Assembly: GCA_001244265.2 (NCBI GenBank)
Contig: LN717261.1
Location: 310,001 to 374,000 of the forward strand
DNA: 64,000 nt
Direction of reading: 5' to 3'
From: Microbotryum violaceum
Taxonomy: Eukaryota
In this document: in pieces, positions 37,633 to 50,629 of the stretch
Layout: every line of letters begins with the position of its first letter
How positions within the stretch are numbered: position 1 is the first letter of the stretch
The notes under the pieces: model-generated
The model's input: only the letters and a program-made list of their open reading frames with translations
The model's database searches: none
What the model was told of the DNA's origin: nothing
Translations under genes and position numbers: made by a program

Positions 37633-40600
37633 ATGTCCGCCCTTGCCTGTCGATTTTTTTTTTCGCGCCCTTCGCACGGCCCAGCCTGGCCCGGCGCTCC
37701 GCACGACTCCGCATGCCTGCGGCCGACGACACTGACGCGGCCGGCGATACCAACTCCGTCGGCCCCACCACGACGCTCGCGGTTCCCCACCGCGCCCACC
37801 CACGCAGGTTGCAGCCTTCGCCGCTTCCGACCTCCTCCGCGACGCCAATGGCTATCAGGACTGGGTCCTCACGCTGTGCTCCCGGCTACCGTCCGACGTC
37901 CTCGACTATCTCCAGTCCGGCGTCCCTCACCCATCCTGGCCACCGTCCTATGTCCCCCTGTGGGATCATTACGCCCGCGCCTCCATCTGCGCCGCCGTCG
38001 ACCCCCGGATGGTTCTTCCCGGCCTCGCCCGATATTTTGGCGATCCTCACAGCGGTCACAAGATTTGGGTGGCTCTGCGCACGCGACACGGTGCCGTCTC
38101 GGCAGTCGACCTTCTCCCTGTCGTCTCTCGGCTCTTCAGTTCCGAACCCATGCCAGACACTTCCGACGCGTTCCTCCAGTTCCGCGATCGATTCGAGAAC
38201 GACTCCCGCCTCCTGAACGACTCCAAGGTCACGACGGATTCTCTACTCGCGTCCCACTTGCTTGCCCGGATGCCCCCTTCTCTTTCCGCCTGGCGTACGA
38301 CCTTCGTCAACTCTCAGGGTACGTCCAGTACACTACCCCCGCGGCCGAGATCCTCGACCGTATTTATCGTGAGATCAAGGCTCGCCCGGTCGACTCACCT
38401 GCCGTCGCTGTTGCTGCCTCCCAACAACGCGCCCCTCACGGACCCTGCCCAACCCCTCCTGTCGCAAGATGCACTGGCTCAGGGATTGTCCCGACACCGC
38501 CTGGGCCGCCGCCTTCCGTGCCCGCAAGGCTTCAGCCATTGCAACTTCCCGAGGTCACAAGAAGGGTTCCCAAGCCGTCGCCTCCCCGCCGTCGCCGAGA
38601 TGCCCGAGCCAGCCACATTCACCGCTTGTCTTCTCGCCACGCCGTCAGCCTTTCCCAAGTCGGCTTGGCTCCTCGACTCTGGGGCCAATCGACACATGGC
38701 GAACGACAGCAAGCTCTTCTCGACGCTCCGCCCATTCACCGGTCCACATGTCGCTGGAGTTGCCGGCTCCCTTCCGTCCACCGGTTGTGGCTCTGTGCGC
38801 CTATCGACCCCAGCTGGCCCTGTCGTGGCGACCGATGTCCTCTTGGTGCCCTCCCTACCGTGCAACCTGCTCTCCGTTCGGCGCTTGGATCGTCTTGGGT
38901 TCAGCATCTCCTTTGGCTCCGGCTGCGCTAAGATCAGCAACTCCTCTGGCACCGTCGTTGCCACTGCTCAAGCCGTTGTGAATGACCTGTACGCGTTGGA
39001 CGTCGCACCCTCACCCTGTATGCCCAATGCCCTCCTTGCCACCCCTCACAGAGTTCCCTTGCTGACTCTGCACCGTCGCTTCGCGCATTTACCCATTGCG
39101 CAACTCAAGAACGTCGTGCAGAACGGCTTGGTCACTGGGGTGGATTGGGTATATTCAGGGGAAGAGGTCCGGTCTTTCAATTGCAATGCTTGTCTCGCTT
39201 CCAAAGCGCACGCCCTTCCCTTTGCTCGTTCCGAGTCCATTGCGTCTGGCCGTCTGGACCTTGTCCATGTCGACGTTGCCCAGATGCCTCGAGCCAGCTT
39301 CGGCGGACATCGCTACATTCTCGTGATCATCGATGACTACACCCGTAAACAATGGTGCATCCTCCTCGCTTACAAAAGTGACGTCTTCCACCGTCTCCGC
39401 GACTGGATCCTTGAGGTAGAGAACGCCACGGGTGATCGAGTCAAAACCATTCGCTCTGACAATGGTGGCGAGTTCACTCTGCGCAATTTTGTTGACTTCT
39501 GTTTGGCCAAGGGTATCCGTCGCGAACTCACTATCCCGTACACGCCTCAACAAAACGGACGTGTTGAACGCGCAAATCGGACCATTAAAGAGGGTATCCT
39601 TGCGTTGCTCTACTTGGCCGGTGCTGATACATGTCTCTGGGCCAAAGCTGCCAGGTACTTTGTGCATTACAAGAACTTGATGCCCCATGCGGGCATTCGT
39701 GGGGACATACCTGACACTCGCTGGCATGGTGTTGCACCGGACATTTCATCACTGCGTGCCTTTGGCTACCGCGCTTGGCACTGCCTCCCCTCGGTTAAGC
39801 GCACCGACCTCGACCCCAAGGCTATGCCACTCATATTCGTCGGGCTCGACGACCACGCGAAGGCGTATCGTCTATTTGACCCGGCTACACGCAAAATCAT
39901 CCTCAGTCGCAATGTTGTCTTTCGCGAATCTGAGTTCCCTGCCCCGCAACCTGTGGCCGACACCCAGACTGGTGCCACCCCACTTCCTGTGGCCGCCGAC
40001 ATTTACCCTGACCAGGTAGACCACTCTGAGCCTTTGCCCGTTGCTCCCCTCGCTCTCTGACGCCTCGCGCCGAGCTTCCTGGACCTGTGCCCGCTGCCTC
40101 TGACCAAGGCCTGCGCCGTCCCTCCCCGGCCCGTGACATCCCTGACCAGGACTCACGTGCGCCTCCTGCCTCTGACCAAGGCTCCCCCCCATCCCAAGCT
40201 GGTGACCACTTTAACCAGGACTCTCCAACCTCCTGTGCCTCTGACCAGGGCAGCTCTGACTCGGCCACCTCCATGCCCTGTCCATCACCGCAACCGGTAG
40301 CTCCATGTCCTTTGCCTGCGCCGCCCTCGCCTGCTCAATCCGTATCGGCCGACCCCATCAACCTCTTGCCACGCTCGGGTGATGTTGCTTCCATCTGCCT
40401 TGCGCAGGATTTCCCTGACGACCTGGATGCTGCGCTTCACTCGCCTTTGCCCGTCGCCTACCTCGCCTCTGGAGCCGCTGCTCTGCTCTCCACCTCGCTC
40501 GCTGACCCGTCGGAACTGATCGCACCTGCCTGGGACCCTCCTCACTGGCGCGCTGCGATGGCAACCCCGCAAGCAGACGAGTGGCGTCTCGCTGCCCAGG

Positions 40601-42081
40601 CCAAATTCGACTCGCTATCCCGTGATTTCTCGGCCTTCACACCCATTGATGAGTCTCTCGTGCCCGTGGACTCTAAGGTTCTCGGTTCACGCTTTGTCTT
40701 CCGCACGAAATGCGACCAACACGGCCGTATCAAGTCTTACAAAGGCCGACTGGTTGCTCGCGGTGACTCTCAGCGTTCAGGCATCGACTTCGACGAGACC
40801 TTTGCACCCGTTGCCAAGTTCACCTCCATTCGCGCACTCCTGGCCCTTGCAGCCGCTCATGGGTACCACATCCACCAGGCTGACATCGACAAGGCCTATC
40901 TCCACGGTAAACTGGACACACCTCTGTACATTCGCGTGCCCGAACGAATCTACATGCCCGGCAAGGTCCTCCAGCTGCACCGGTCCCTCTACGGCTTGCG
41001 CCAGGCTGGACGTATCTGGAACGACGAGATCGACTCCGCTTTGTCGGCTCTTGGCTACGTCGCCACGGAGTCTGACCACTGTGTTTATGTCCGAACTGCC
41101 GGTGATGAGCGCCACTATATCGCACTCTACATCGATGACTTGCTCATGATCAGCCCTTCCCTCCCAGAGATCGAGCGTACCCTCCAGGGCCTCGAGCAGC
41201 GCTATGGTGTCAAACGCCTAGGTGAGGCAGAGTACGTCCTTGGTATCCAGATTCGGCGTTCTGCCGATGGCGCCATCTCCCTCAGTCAAGAGCAGTACCT
41301 CAAGGACGTCCTCGCTCGTTTTGGTATGTCCGATGCCCACCCTGTCGCCACGCCCATGCAGGCCGATCTCCGCCTCGAAGTCGAGCTTCAGCCTAGCCCA
41401 TTCCCGGATCGCACTCGGTACCTGCAGGCAATCGGCTCCCTCATGTACGCATCGACCGGTACTCGCCCCGACCTGGCCTACACCGTCGGTTACTTGGCTC
41501 GGTTCTCTCAGTCACCATCTGCCGCTGCCTGGGGCGCTGTCAAGCACACTTTTCGCTACCTCGCTGGCACTCTGTCTCACGGCCTCCGCTACGCTCGCGG
41601 GGATCCAGCGCCCTTGGTTGGCTACTCCGACTGCAACTGGGGTGCTTGCGTCCTATCTTCAAAGTCGACCATGGGTTACACCTTTGTCTTCGCAGGCGCG
41701 GCCGTCTCGTGGTCATCTCGCCTCCAGTCCCGGGTTGCTGACTCTACTTGCAACACCGAGTACCTTGCCTTGTCACATGGTGGCAAGGAGGCTATCTTCC
41801 TGCGTCAGCTCTTTGGTGAGCTTGGGCTTCCTTCCTCCCGACCTGTCCTCATCTATGGCAACAACCAAGGTGCCAATGCTCTCACCAAGAATCCGGTTTT
41901 CCACGCTCGCACTCGGCACATTCGTCTCCACGAACACTTTGTCCAGGATATGGTCTCCCTGGGCAACAACAGTGTCCAGTACATCGCCACCAGCAAGATG
42001 ACGGCCAATATCTTCACCAAGGCTTTGTCTCGCGATCTGTTTGCTCGGCATTGCAGTCGACTTGGTGTCTGCTCTCCCTGA
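37633..42081 (+). pseudogene. Copia-1 gag-pol
   Basis: WLLDSGANRHM, HRRFAH..CNAC, VHVD, IRSDNGGEF, QQNGRVERANR, YKGRLVARG, SLYGLRQAG, LYIDDLL, GYSDCNW, IFTKAL. Frameshifts in gag; TGA at 40058-40060. Confidence 0.95.
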
Positions 42082-42099
42082 TACTCGAAGTCGGGGGGG

Positions 42100-42376
42100 T
42101 GTGAGATTGACAACCTCCTGTGTTTCCTTCTCGCATCATCTCCTTTTCTCGGTCTCGTTTTACTTCCTTTGACCTGCCTTTCACACCTTAGCTCTCTTCC
42201 TTTCTGGGCTGGGTCCGTGCGCCTGACACAGGTGGCTGGCCCAGCTGCGCGCTCACCTGAGCCAACTGGCTCCGCGCTTCTCTTTCTCCTGCTCAAGCAA
42301 CTTCTTGGTCTGGTCTCCTTGGTCCGTCAATCAGAGCCTTACCACCGCTTGAGCAGGTGTTCGTCGCAACTCCATA
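42100..42376 (+). repeat. Copia-1 3' LTR
   Basis: Direct repeat of 37317-37595, preceded by a G run. Confidence 0.97.
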
Positions 42377-43278
42377 GTTAAGAGCCACTAGTAGTACGAT
42401 CAAACAACTAGTACTTGAGGTCAAGCATTGGGTGATCATGTTTCTGTGGCTTTCCAAGTTGAATAACGATTCTGCTGCTGCATACCAAGACTCTTGGCCC
42501 TGACAAATAATTCTCTGGAACGAGCCCTTAGCTCTCTGGATCTCTGAAACTCAACTTTGGAGCCGGAGTGCCTAGCCCTGAGCCTCGAACGCTTCGACAG
42601 CCACACCAACCCAATACACCATAGCAATGTCACTATTTACAAGTACATCAAGACTTAGCAATCGAAGCAAACGCCCTCCTGCCATGAAAATGAGATACAC
42701 ACCGCGGAGTAAAAAGGCAATCCTCCTCGGGTCGGTTGTCGCGCAAGTAGAAAAAGCCGCGAGCGTGAGAGCGCGCGCATCTGCGATTCTGCGAGCGTGA
42801 GAACTGTTTGGGAGCGCGCGTAAGCAACTTCCGAGGCGCGCAAATCGTAAAGAGCGGGGAGTGCGGGGTTCGGAATTTAGCTATGAAAATTGAAAAAATT
42901 GAAATCATTTTTCGGGTTTATTATTTATTTTTGGAGAGAAACCAAAAAGCGCGTAAGTTGAGTAGGTTGCGCGCGCATGAGCGCGCATGAGCGCGCTGTA
43001 GCGCGTATAATGCCTTGTCCGTGCGTGGATACGGCGGGGCGAGCGAGTCTAACAGTGAGCGAAACGCGCGTGGACCGCCAATAGGGGCCAGAAACAGATC
43101 TTTTTCCTGGAAAGCGCGCAACTCCGCAGGTTCCAGAGCGCGTTAGAGACCAAAAGTGCGTCCAAGAGTGAATGAAGCGCGTATGAAGGCCTTTTGGCGC
43201 GCAATTGCACGATTGTCGGCGCGCGTACAAACGAATTGTAACGCGCAAGTAGGGGCCGGGCGCGCAAATCCATTTGTT

Positions 43279-46200
43279 GCCCAAACGGCGGCCCATAGAT
43301 CTCTACGTCGATTCGGTCCCGCTCGCCGACCACATACTCGACGACTCGTTGTCGCCCGAAGAATCTAGGGAATTGCATCTTGATGCTCGTGCATCTTACC
43401 TCATCATTCGATCTCTCGATCCTGCCAACAAGTCGTTGATCAGCAACTGCTCCACGGCGAACCAGCGCTGGGATGCTCTGCGCACCTATCATCTAGGCGA
43501 GCGCAACTCGCAAATTGCCTTGATCTTGGGGCAACTTTCAAGGATGCTCTATATGGGTGAATCTTCGATCTCCTTGGAAGATCATATGATCAAAATTCGC
43601 GACCTCAACCTCAAGGCGAAGCAACTTGGCTACCCGAGGTCAAACACCGAAATCGCGTTTCAAATGCTGAACTCGGTAACGGATCCCAAGTGGGCAAACA
43701 CAATTGAGGCTTTATCCCTCACCAGCGACCCTACATCGACCAAGATAATAGCACGTATAAAGGAGCGTGAAGTCACTTTCGCGCTCACAAACCGCATTCA
43801 AGGCGGAACGTCTCTTCTTCTTCCCAACGACCCCGCAACCGTTCAGACTGTTGCGGCCAACTCTGCTTCGGATCCCAAGGGATCGCGCAAGACGGGGAAG
43901 AAATCTCGGAACAGGCGCAAACCTACCGACACTTGCACTCGATGCAATGGAAAAGGTCATTGGGCCTGCGACAAGGAATGCCCCGGCAAACGCCCTGAAT
44001 CTGTCGCATCGGTCAATGAAGGACATAATTCCAAGTCTGGTCCTCCTTCCCTTTTTGTAGTTGGCGCTCACGTTGCACGTGAAATGCCAACAGCCTCTTC
44101 GTCTCGTTATTCTACGGCTCTTGCCACTGCGAGAGATCCCACTTCAAAGCTTGAGTGGGTTGGCGACTCTGGAGCCATTCGCCATCTGATCGGCGATCGC
44201 TCCCTCCTTCGAACCTTCATTCGAGATCCCATTGCCGTTCAAGTTGCGGATAGTTCGATCCAAGAAGTCGAAGGCTATGGTGAACTCTCCGTTACTACCA
44301 AAGAAGGCAACATTATCGACTTCAAGAACGTCTACTGTTTGCCTGGAGCATATTTGGCCCTCATCTCGTTCTTTTCACTCTGTGATAACGGATTCGAGCT
44401 TTGTATGATGGATGGTGGTAAGACTATTAGTGTCTACTTGGAAAACAAGTTTGTCTGCGCTACCGAGCGCGACACCGCCTACTACTTTGATTTCACCATC
44501 TACAACAAACCCGTGGCTGTTGTCACGCGCGCTTCGGCTGGTGCTCCGCTTATGTGGTGGCATCGTGTCTTTGGTCATCTTTCACCTCACACCATTCTCA
44601 ACATGGTATCTACCAAGATGATCGTCGACATCAAGATCTCGGATGAAACGATTCACGACTGCGAGACCTGCATCGTTGCGAGCTCTCGCGCTGCACCGTT
44701 TCAACATGTCAGTCGTGAGCCGACCGAGGTTCTCTACCGCGTCTTCATCGACCTCGGTTTTGTCGATGTTCCAGATCGCAAAGGACGATTTGTCTATCTT
44801 GTCATCGTTGATCAACTTTCCTCGATGAAATGGACTTATCCCTTGACTTCCAAGTCCGCTGCCGAAGTTCTCCAGGTGTTCTGTCGCTTTCAAGCTCAAG
44901 CGGAACGCGTCACCGGCAAGACTATCAAGTTCGTTCGTTCGGACAACGGCGGGGAATTCCTCAACCGGTCTTTTGAAGCGGAGTTTACTCGACTTGGTAT
45001 CACCCACAAGTTCACTGCTCGCTACACCCCCGAACAAAATGGCAAGGCTGAATGTGCAAATGGCTCGCTCTTTGCTATGGTGCGGGCAATGCTCAAGGAT
45101 GCTGGACTTCCAGGCTCTTACTGGTCCTATGCTCTAGATATGGCAACTTTCATCGCCAATCGCATGCAGCATCCTCGCTTCAAGAAGAAAACCATCTTCG
45201 AGATCTTCTATGGCAAGAAACCGAGCGTCGGCCATCTCCGACCCTTCGGTGCTATCGCCTTCGTGCTCTTGCCTCGTCAGCTGCGTCGCAAGCTTGACGA
45301 TCATGCCAAGAAGGGCATCTTTGTAGTATATTCCGGCGAGTACAACTACATGGTTCTCGTCAACTACACTACCTCTCCCAGGGTCCTCATATCTTGTGAC
45401 GTCACTTTCATCAACTCGCTTTCTGAGGTTCCTTCCGCTCCGGCCGACGTCGATCGTGATCCGGAACACTTTGCAGTTGAGGAGATCTTCGAATACGACC
45501 TCGTCCCTTAACTTCGTGACATTCGACTTGATCCTGCGTATCTTCCAGTGCAGGACGGTCCTCTCGCGCCGGCTCCCAGGCACGCTCCCGATGATCCGGC
45601 TCAGCCTCAGGGTCCCTCTGATGCTGCGGAATTGGTCCAAGACAACGTCGACGATGATGATGTGATCATTATCGGTGAACCCGTACGTGCAGAATCTCCT
45701 CCTCCGCCTGAAGACGAACTCGAGGATCTTGTCCCTCAAGTTCCGAACGATGGCTACAAGTATCGAGCGTACAACATCGGTCGCAATCCTGGTCGATTCG
45801 AGGATGTAAATGAAGAAAACATCCTTCCTCCTGGCTCTCGACGCGTTGCAGCTCGTCTTGCGGTGGGGTCCAGCGAGGCTTTCTCTGATCCACCCGAACT
45901 CATCGCATCTGTCTCTCCTAATCACGCTCCACTCCCTTGATCTTACTCCGAGGCTATGGCTTCTGTCCATGCTAAAGAGTGGCAAGCGGCTACCGATAAG
46001 GAGGAGATCGCCAAGTTCATTTCTATGGGTGTTCTTAAGGTGGCAGCTCTCCCTCCTGGTGCTCGTGCACTTGGAACCAAGTGGGTCTACACGTACAAGG
46101 AGGCTGTATCTGGCGTGATCATTGGCTGGAAAGCTAGACTTGTCGTTCAAGGCTTTGGTCAACGCAAGGACATTGATTACTTTGACATCTTTGCTCCTGT

Positions 46201-47497
46201 CTCGTCGATCTCGACGATCTTATTCCTGGTCGCTGTCTCTTCGGCTCTCGGATTGCATCTGGAGCAATTCGACTACGAGTCGGCTTTCCTCAACGGCGTC
46301 ATGACTGAGGATGTTTACATCAAGACTCCTCAAGGTTGGCCCGTACCAGTTTCTTCTGGCGCTCTCAAGCTCTTGAAGTCAATTTACGGAACCAAACAGG
46401 CACCTCGACAGTGGAACGAAGCGCTAAATTCGCTGATGAACTCGCACGGCTTTACTCGTTCCAAGGTTGATGCTTGCCTCTATTTCAAGTTCTCTGGCAA
46501 GTCTTCCATCTTCATCTCTATCTACGTGGATGATGGACTCGCTGCGTCGAACGATCAAAACTTCCTCAACTCGGAGATTGATGCGTTCCATGCGGTTTAT
46601 AAGCTCAAGCGTCTTGGTCCTGCCAAGGTGTTCCTCGGTCTGGAGATAGCTCGTTCAGAGCACTACATCTTCGTTCACCAGTCGAAGTATATTTGCGGGC
46701 TTCTTGAGACGTACGTGTTCACAACTACGTCCAAACGCGGTGTACAGACGCCTATGGAGGACAAAGACCAGAAGACTTCTTCACTCCCATTCGACGATAT
46801 TACTCTCTATCAGTCGGCTGTGGGAGCTCTTCAATACGCGGCTCAACGCACTCGTCCCAATATCACCAAGGCTGTGCGTGCGGTGGCGAAGCGTGTCGCG
46901 GCTCCTTGCGAAGGTGATTGGATCGCTGTCAAGCGAATCTTCCGTTACCTTACCTCCTCGATCGATTATGGACTTCTGTACGTATCCTCGAGCTCTACTA
47001 CCTTTGAGGTTTACTCCAATGCCTCGTGGGCCAACGACTGGGAAAACGTCAAGTCTGTGGGAGCCTACGCCGTCATTCTTGCTGGTGCTGTAATCAGCTG
47101 GCAATCGAAACAAAAATCGATCGTCGCGACTTCGACTACCGAGGCCGAGACTCTTGCAACTTCTGCTGCGGCTAAGGAGGCCGTTGGGCTCCGTCAATTG
47201 GCTGCGGAATTTCGCATCCCTCAAGGTTCTGCTACTTTGATCCATGAGGACAACGAGGTGTGCATCTCTATCGCACGCAACCCTGCTCATCGTGGTCGTA
47301 CTAAGCATTGGAACGTCCACCACTTCTACGTTCGCAAAAGGATTGAGGTCAGCGATATTCTACTCAAGTACTGTCCGACAGATCTCAACACGGCCGACGT
47401 CCTCACCAAGGCTTTACCCAGAGCAAAGTTTCTCAAGCATCGCGGTGGACTTGGTATGGTGTCGCTAGCTTCCTTAGCATGTGGGAGTGTCGTATGA
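43279..47497 (+). pseudogene. Copia-2 gag-pol
   Basis: CTRCNGKGHWACDKEC, WVGDSGA, WHRVFGH..CETC, VRSDNGGEF, WKARLVVQG, KSIYGTKQA, IYVDDGL, ADVLTKAL. Breaks at ~45511 and 45940. Confidence 0.93.
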
Positions 47498-47762
47498 GTG
47501 ATGCAGGCGGAAGCTAGGCACGCGGGTGCTTCGGCTGGGGTGCGGGCGCACAGCTGAGGGTTGGCTGAGGCCAGGTGGATGGCTGGATTAGGAAGGAGGT
47601 TCGCTTAGCAACAGAGGCTTTTCTTAGTTACATCTTGGGGCTACTCTCTTGTTCTTCTTCTCGTCACTTGATCTTACAACTTTGTGGTCCTGACTTTGGC
47701 ATGTTATCACAACGCATCTCTGCGCCGCTTCGGAGCGCGAGACTATCAAATTCACAACAACA
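43279..47762 (+). mobile_element. Second, unrelated Ty1/Copia element (Copia-2), 5'-truncated
   Basis: Starts inside gag; no 5' LTR or PBS seen. Putative 3' LTR from TGTCGT at 47488 to ACAACA at 47759 or 47762. Confidence 0.9.
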
Positions 47763-48374
47763 TTTACCTTTGGCCCCTATCATGGTCTGAACCTCGCTCT
47801 CCTGAAGGTGCGGATGACTCGAGGCATGAAGAGCCTATGTTGGGGAGCTAATAGGGAACTCGTGGTCCGTTTAAAATACTTGACATTTTTGGCCTCCAGA
47901 AACCGGCAAAAAGTGCAGTGGTACCCCTTGGCGATTTTGGCGATTTTCGATTTTGGCGATTCTGAGGGTGGAAGCAGAAAAACCCTACAGGGTAGCAGAA
48001 AACCCTTCTCTTGTGCCACGTAAGGTATAATGAGATGAGATCGAACTGGTCGAAGGCAAGAAGAGGTGCCGAATACTGTGTCTTGGGGTGAAACGCGTGG
48101 GTGGCCGATTGCAAATTAGATCTGGGTAAGGGTGGGAGCAAGCGCCGAGTAATTACGACATGTTTAAAGCGCAGGATTAATCTATTTAACCTGCAGTAAG
48201 TGATACCTGGACGCCTTCGCCATCGGTGCAGCCGAACTTGTTGGGAAAAAGTTGAGGGTCCAGCTCGACTTGACAGGGCCATTGATGCGCGAAAGCGCCA
48301 AGACACTTGTGGCAAATTCTAGACGGGGGGCAATTTAGGCACTAACTAGGGCTCATTTAGGCACTAATCATCTC

Positions 48375-50339
48375 TCTACACAGGGCGAGAAACGAGTATG
48401 TTCAGACGATTCGACCGACCACAAGAGAGAATTAGATACCTATACGCGCCTTCTGTAAGCGATGCTTGAGGTTGCAGGCAATGTTTTACAAGACCCCAAT
48501 TCTGGCTTCGGGCTGTTCTTGTTCTGAGACGTGCTTGATCAGAGCCAATGCATAGTACAGCCTACAATGTCGAGCCACCCCCAATGAGGAGGACAGAAAT
48601 TAAACACTGCAACGATCTTGCGAAGATGGTACCGTCATACGTACGTACCGCCGCTCCTCTCAAGGTTGGACGTCTCGGAAACCGCGTTATGCCGACACAC
48701 GCACGCCACAAGAGCCGCGTCGATTTTCCCGGCCAGAGCTTCTCAGCGCCATCGTCAGCAATTTTCTAAGATTCTGTGCATGCCTGTAAGTGGAGGTGTT
48801 AGAGGATTAGGGCAGAGCAGGGTGTTCTATGGACTATCAGGCTGAGCAACGTACCTTCTTGGACGGTGTCGGCGCCCGCTCGACCGCCTCTTTCATTTCC
48901 TGCCGCGCTGATGAACAAGTCCGGCGTGGTCGCTTGTGGGTCATACTTGGCTGCATGGTTGCGCCATTGCTGAAAGCTTCCATCATGCGCGAACAAATGA
49001 TCAAGTGTAGGTGCCCGGTTTGGCAGCTTCAATGTGTTGGTCCAAATTCTGCAGGACACTTGTCAGCAAATGAACCCTTTATGTGGAAGAGGCGATTGTC
49101 GGATCCGGTCTCGTGTGCGGCCAATGCTCGGAACTCGTCGAGCTGCTCGTTGCTATTGTGATCGAGGCTCGCGACCCTAGAGAAGTGCGCATGCAGGGGA
49201 CTAGATTGGCACCGTCCCACACAAGACTCATGAATCGCGCTGAATTTGACCTCAATTTACAAACTGATGAGACGCCAGCCCACCTGAATCCCCCCATCCG
49301 CATCTTCCACAATGATCATCTATCCCTTGGGTCATCCCATCAACGGACGAGGGATCAACAACCCAGCAAGATTCGACCATTTGTAGAGCTTGGAATGCGA
49401 AAGCGGTCTCAAGGCAGTTGCACTCATAAGCCAGTCTGAGCCAGTCGTTCGGCGTATGTGATTAGGGGATCACCACTAATGGATCAGGGACAGACAGAGA
49501 CCTCGTGGGGAAAGCCTGTGCCAAATGGAGCCATTGAAAACACAGGATCCCCGTTCCCCAGCAGATAAAGCTGAAGAAAGATTCGGAAGTGCTTACGACT
49601 GGTGGCGCCATGGACCAGAATGGAAAGGACATGTGTGCCTTTGCGGTCGCGCGGCGGCGGGGCCACCTCGTCGGCGATCCTTAATCCGTTCTCGACCTCA
49701 ATGATGCGCGGATTGAGATGCGATTTTGGGCACGCCACAAACGACATGTACTGCACCCAGAGTCGAGGTCGTGCCTGCTTGCTGAATGCCTCCTCGCGCA
49801 CAAGGAAAGCGAGGTATGTCCTGTCCACCCTTTCAAAGGTATGAATGAGGGTGACGATGGGATGGAGCTCATTCCTGAGGCGGTCCAGCGTTATCTGAGA
49901 CATGTTGCGTGAATCGTAGGCGTGCAGTCGGCAGGGTTCGAGGATAGGAGGAAGTGTGCGTTGGCGAAAGTTTTGTTCTAACCACCATCACCTTCGTGCA
50001 TGGCTCTGTCGTCGAGATCTGAGTGTTCTCCGGCGCCGTCATCCTCGTCTACCCCAAAGTAGTCGCTATACTCGAACGCAGCGGCAGCGAATGCGGATGC
50101 CGGGTCCGGTAAGAGTGGGACTAGGGGAGTGGGAGTCTGTACCGAATTCGACGTCGATGATGATAAAGCTGATGATGCGGTGGGTCTTGGTCTATCGAAA
50201 CGGTGTCCACTCCACCAAAGGGATCGTAGACCTTGACCTTGGCGCAGGTTGGAGCACACGACGCGCTGGGCTGATCGTTTAGGTCCTGCGGCCTCAGCTT
50301 GCGTGGTCTGAACTGTCCAGGGATGAAACGGCGAGTCAT
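48375..50339 (-). pseudogene. KDZ transposase (CxC1-like) 5' remnant
   Basis: Minus-strand reading across introns and frameshifts gives ADKCPAEFGP, LFAHDGSFQQ..PDLFI, ACTES*KIADD, LVACVCRHN..NLERSG, LYYALAL, IGVL*NIAC. These follow the KDZ consensus order CPxCFG, DGNF, CRHD, SGE, YDIxC. Confidence 0.8.
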
Positions 50340-50629
50340 CGTGTCGGAAGATCCAGTGTCGATGTACGGCTGCCGCTCGCGATGTGGAAGGAGACGAACA
50401 GGCACGTGTGGTTTGTGCGCGACTGGCCGTTGGTCGCGCGACTTCGATCACGGGTTGCACGTGACCGTGAAGCACCTGGCGCAGGGTGGCAGACTCAGCT
50501 CGGAGGCCACGAGACTCTGACAAGACGAATATAGTCGAAGTGGCATCACATGGCAGCTTGGGAAGTATTTTTAGGGGCTTGGATCCATCGCACCAATCTC
50601 GTAGTTGGACTACACACACTGCTTTCCCC

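Larger units (their letters stand above)
37317..42376 (+). mobile_element. Ty1/Copia LTR retrotransposon (Copia-1), structurally complete
   Basis: Two ~278-bp LTRs, 5-bp TSD GTTAA (37312-37316 / 42377-42381), PBS, G-rich PPT before 42100, gag-PR-INT-RT-RH order. Confidence 0.97.
30064..43278 (-). mobile_element. IS3EU-like DNA transposon with two convergent genes, interrupted by Copia-1
   Basis: Integrase-like transposase inside. Candidate TIRs TACAAGCCGTTTTGCGCGCCCG (30064-30085) versus reverse complement of 43257-43278 (17/22 identical). GCGC-rich subterminal repeats at both ends; no TSD. Confidence 0.6.

Noticed and set aside
47852-48366. hAT-type MITE (TAGGG...CACTA)
   Set aside because: The ends match only over a few bases and there is no 8-bp TSD.
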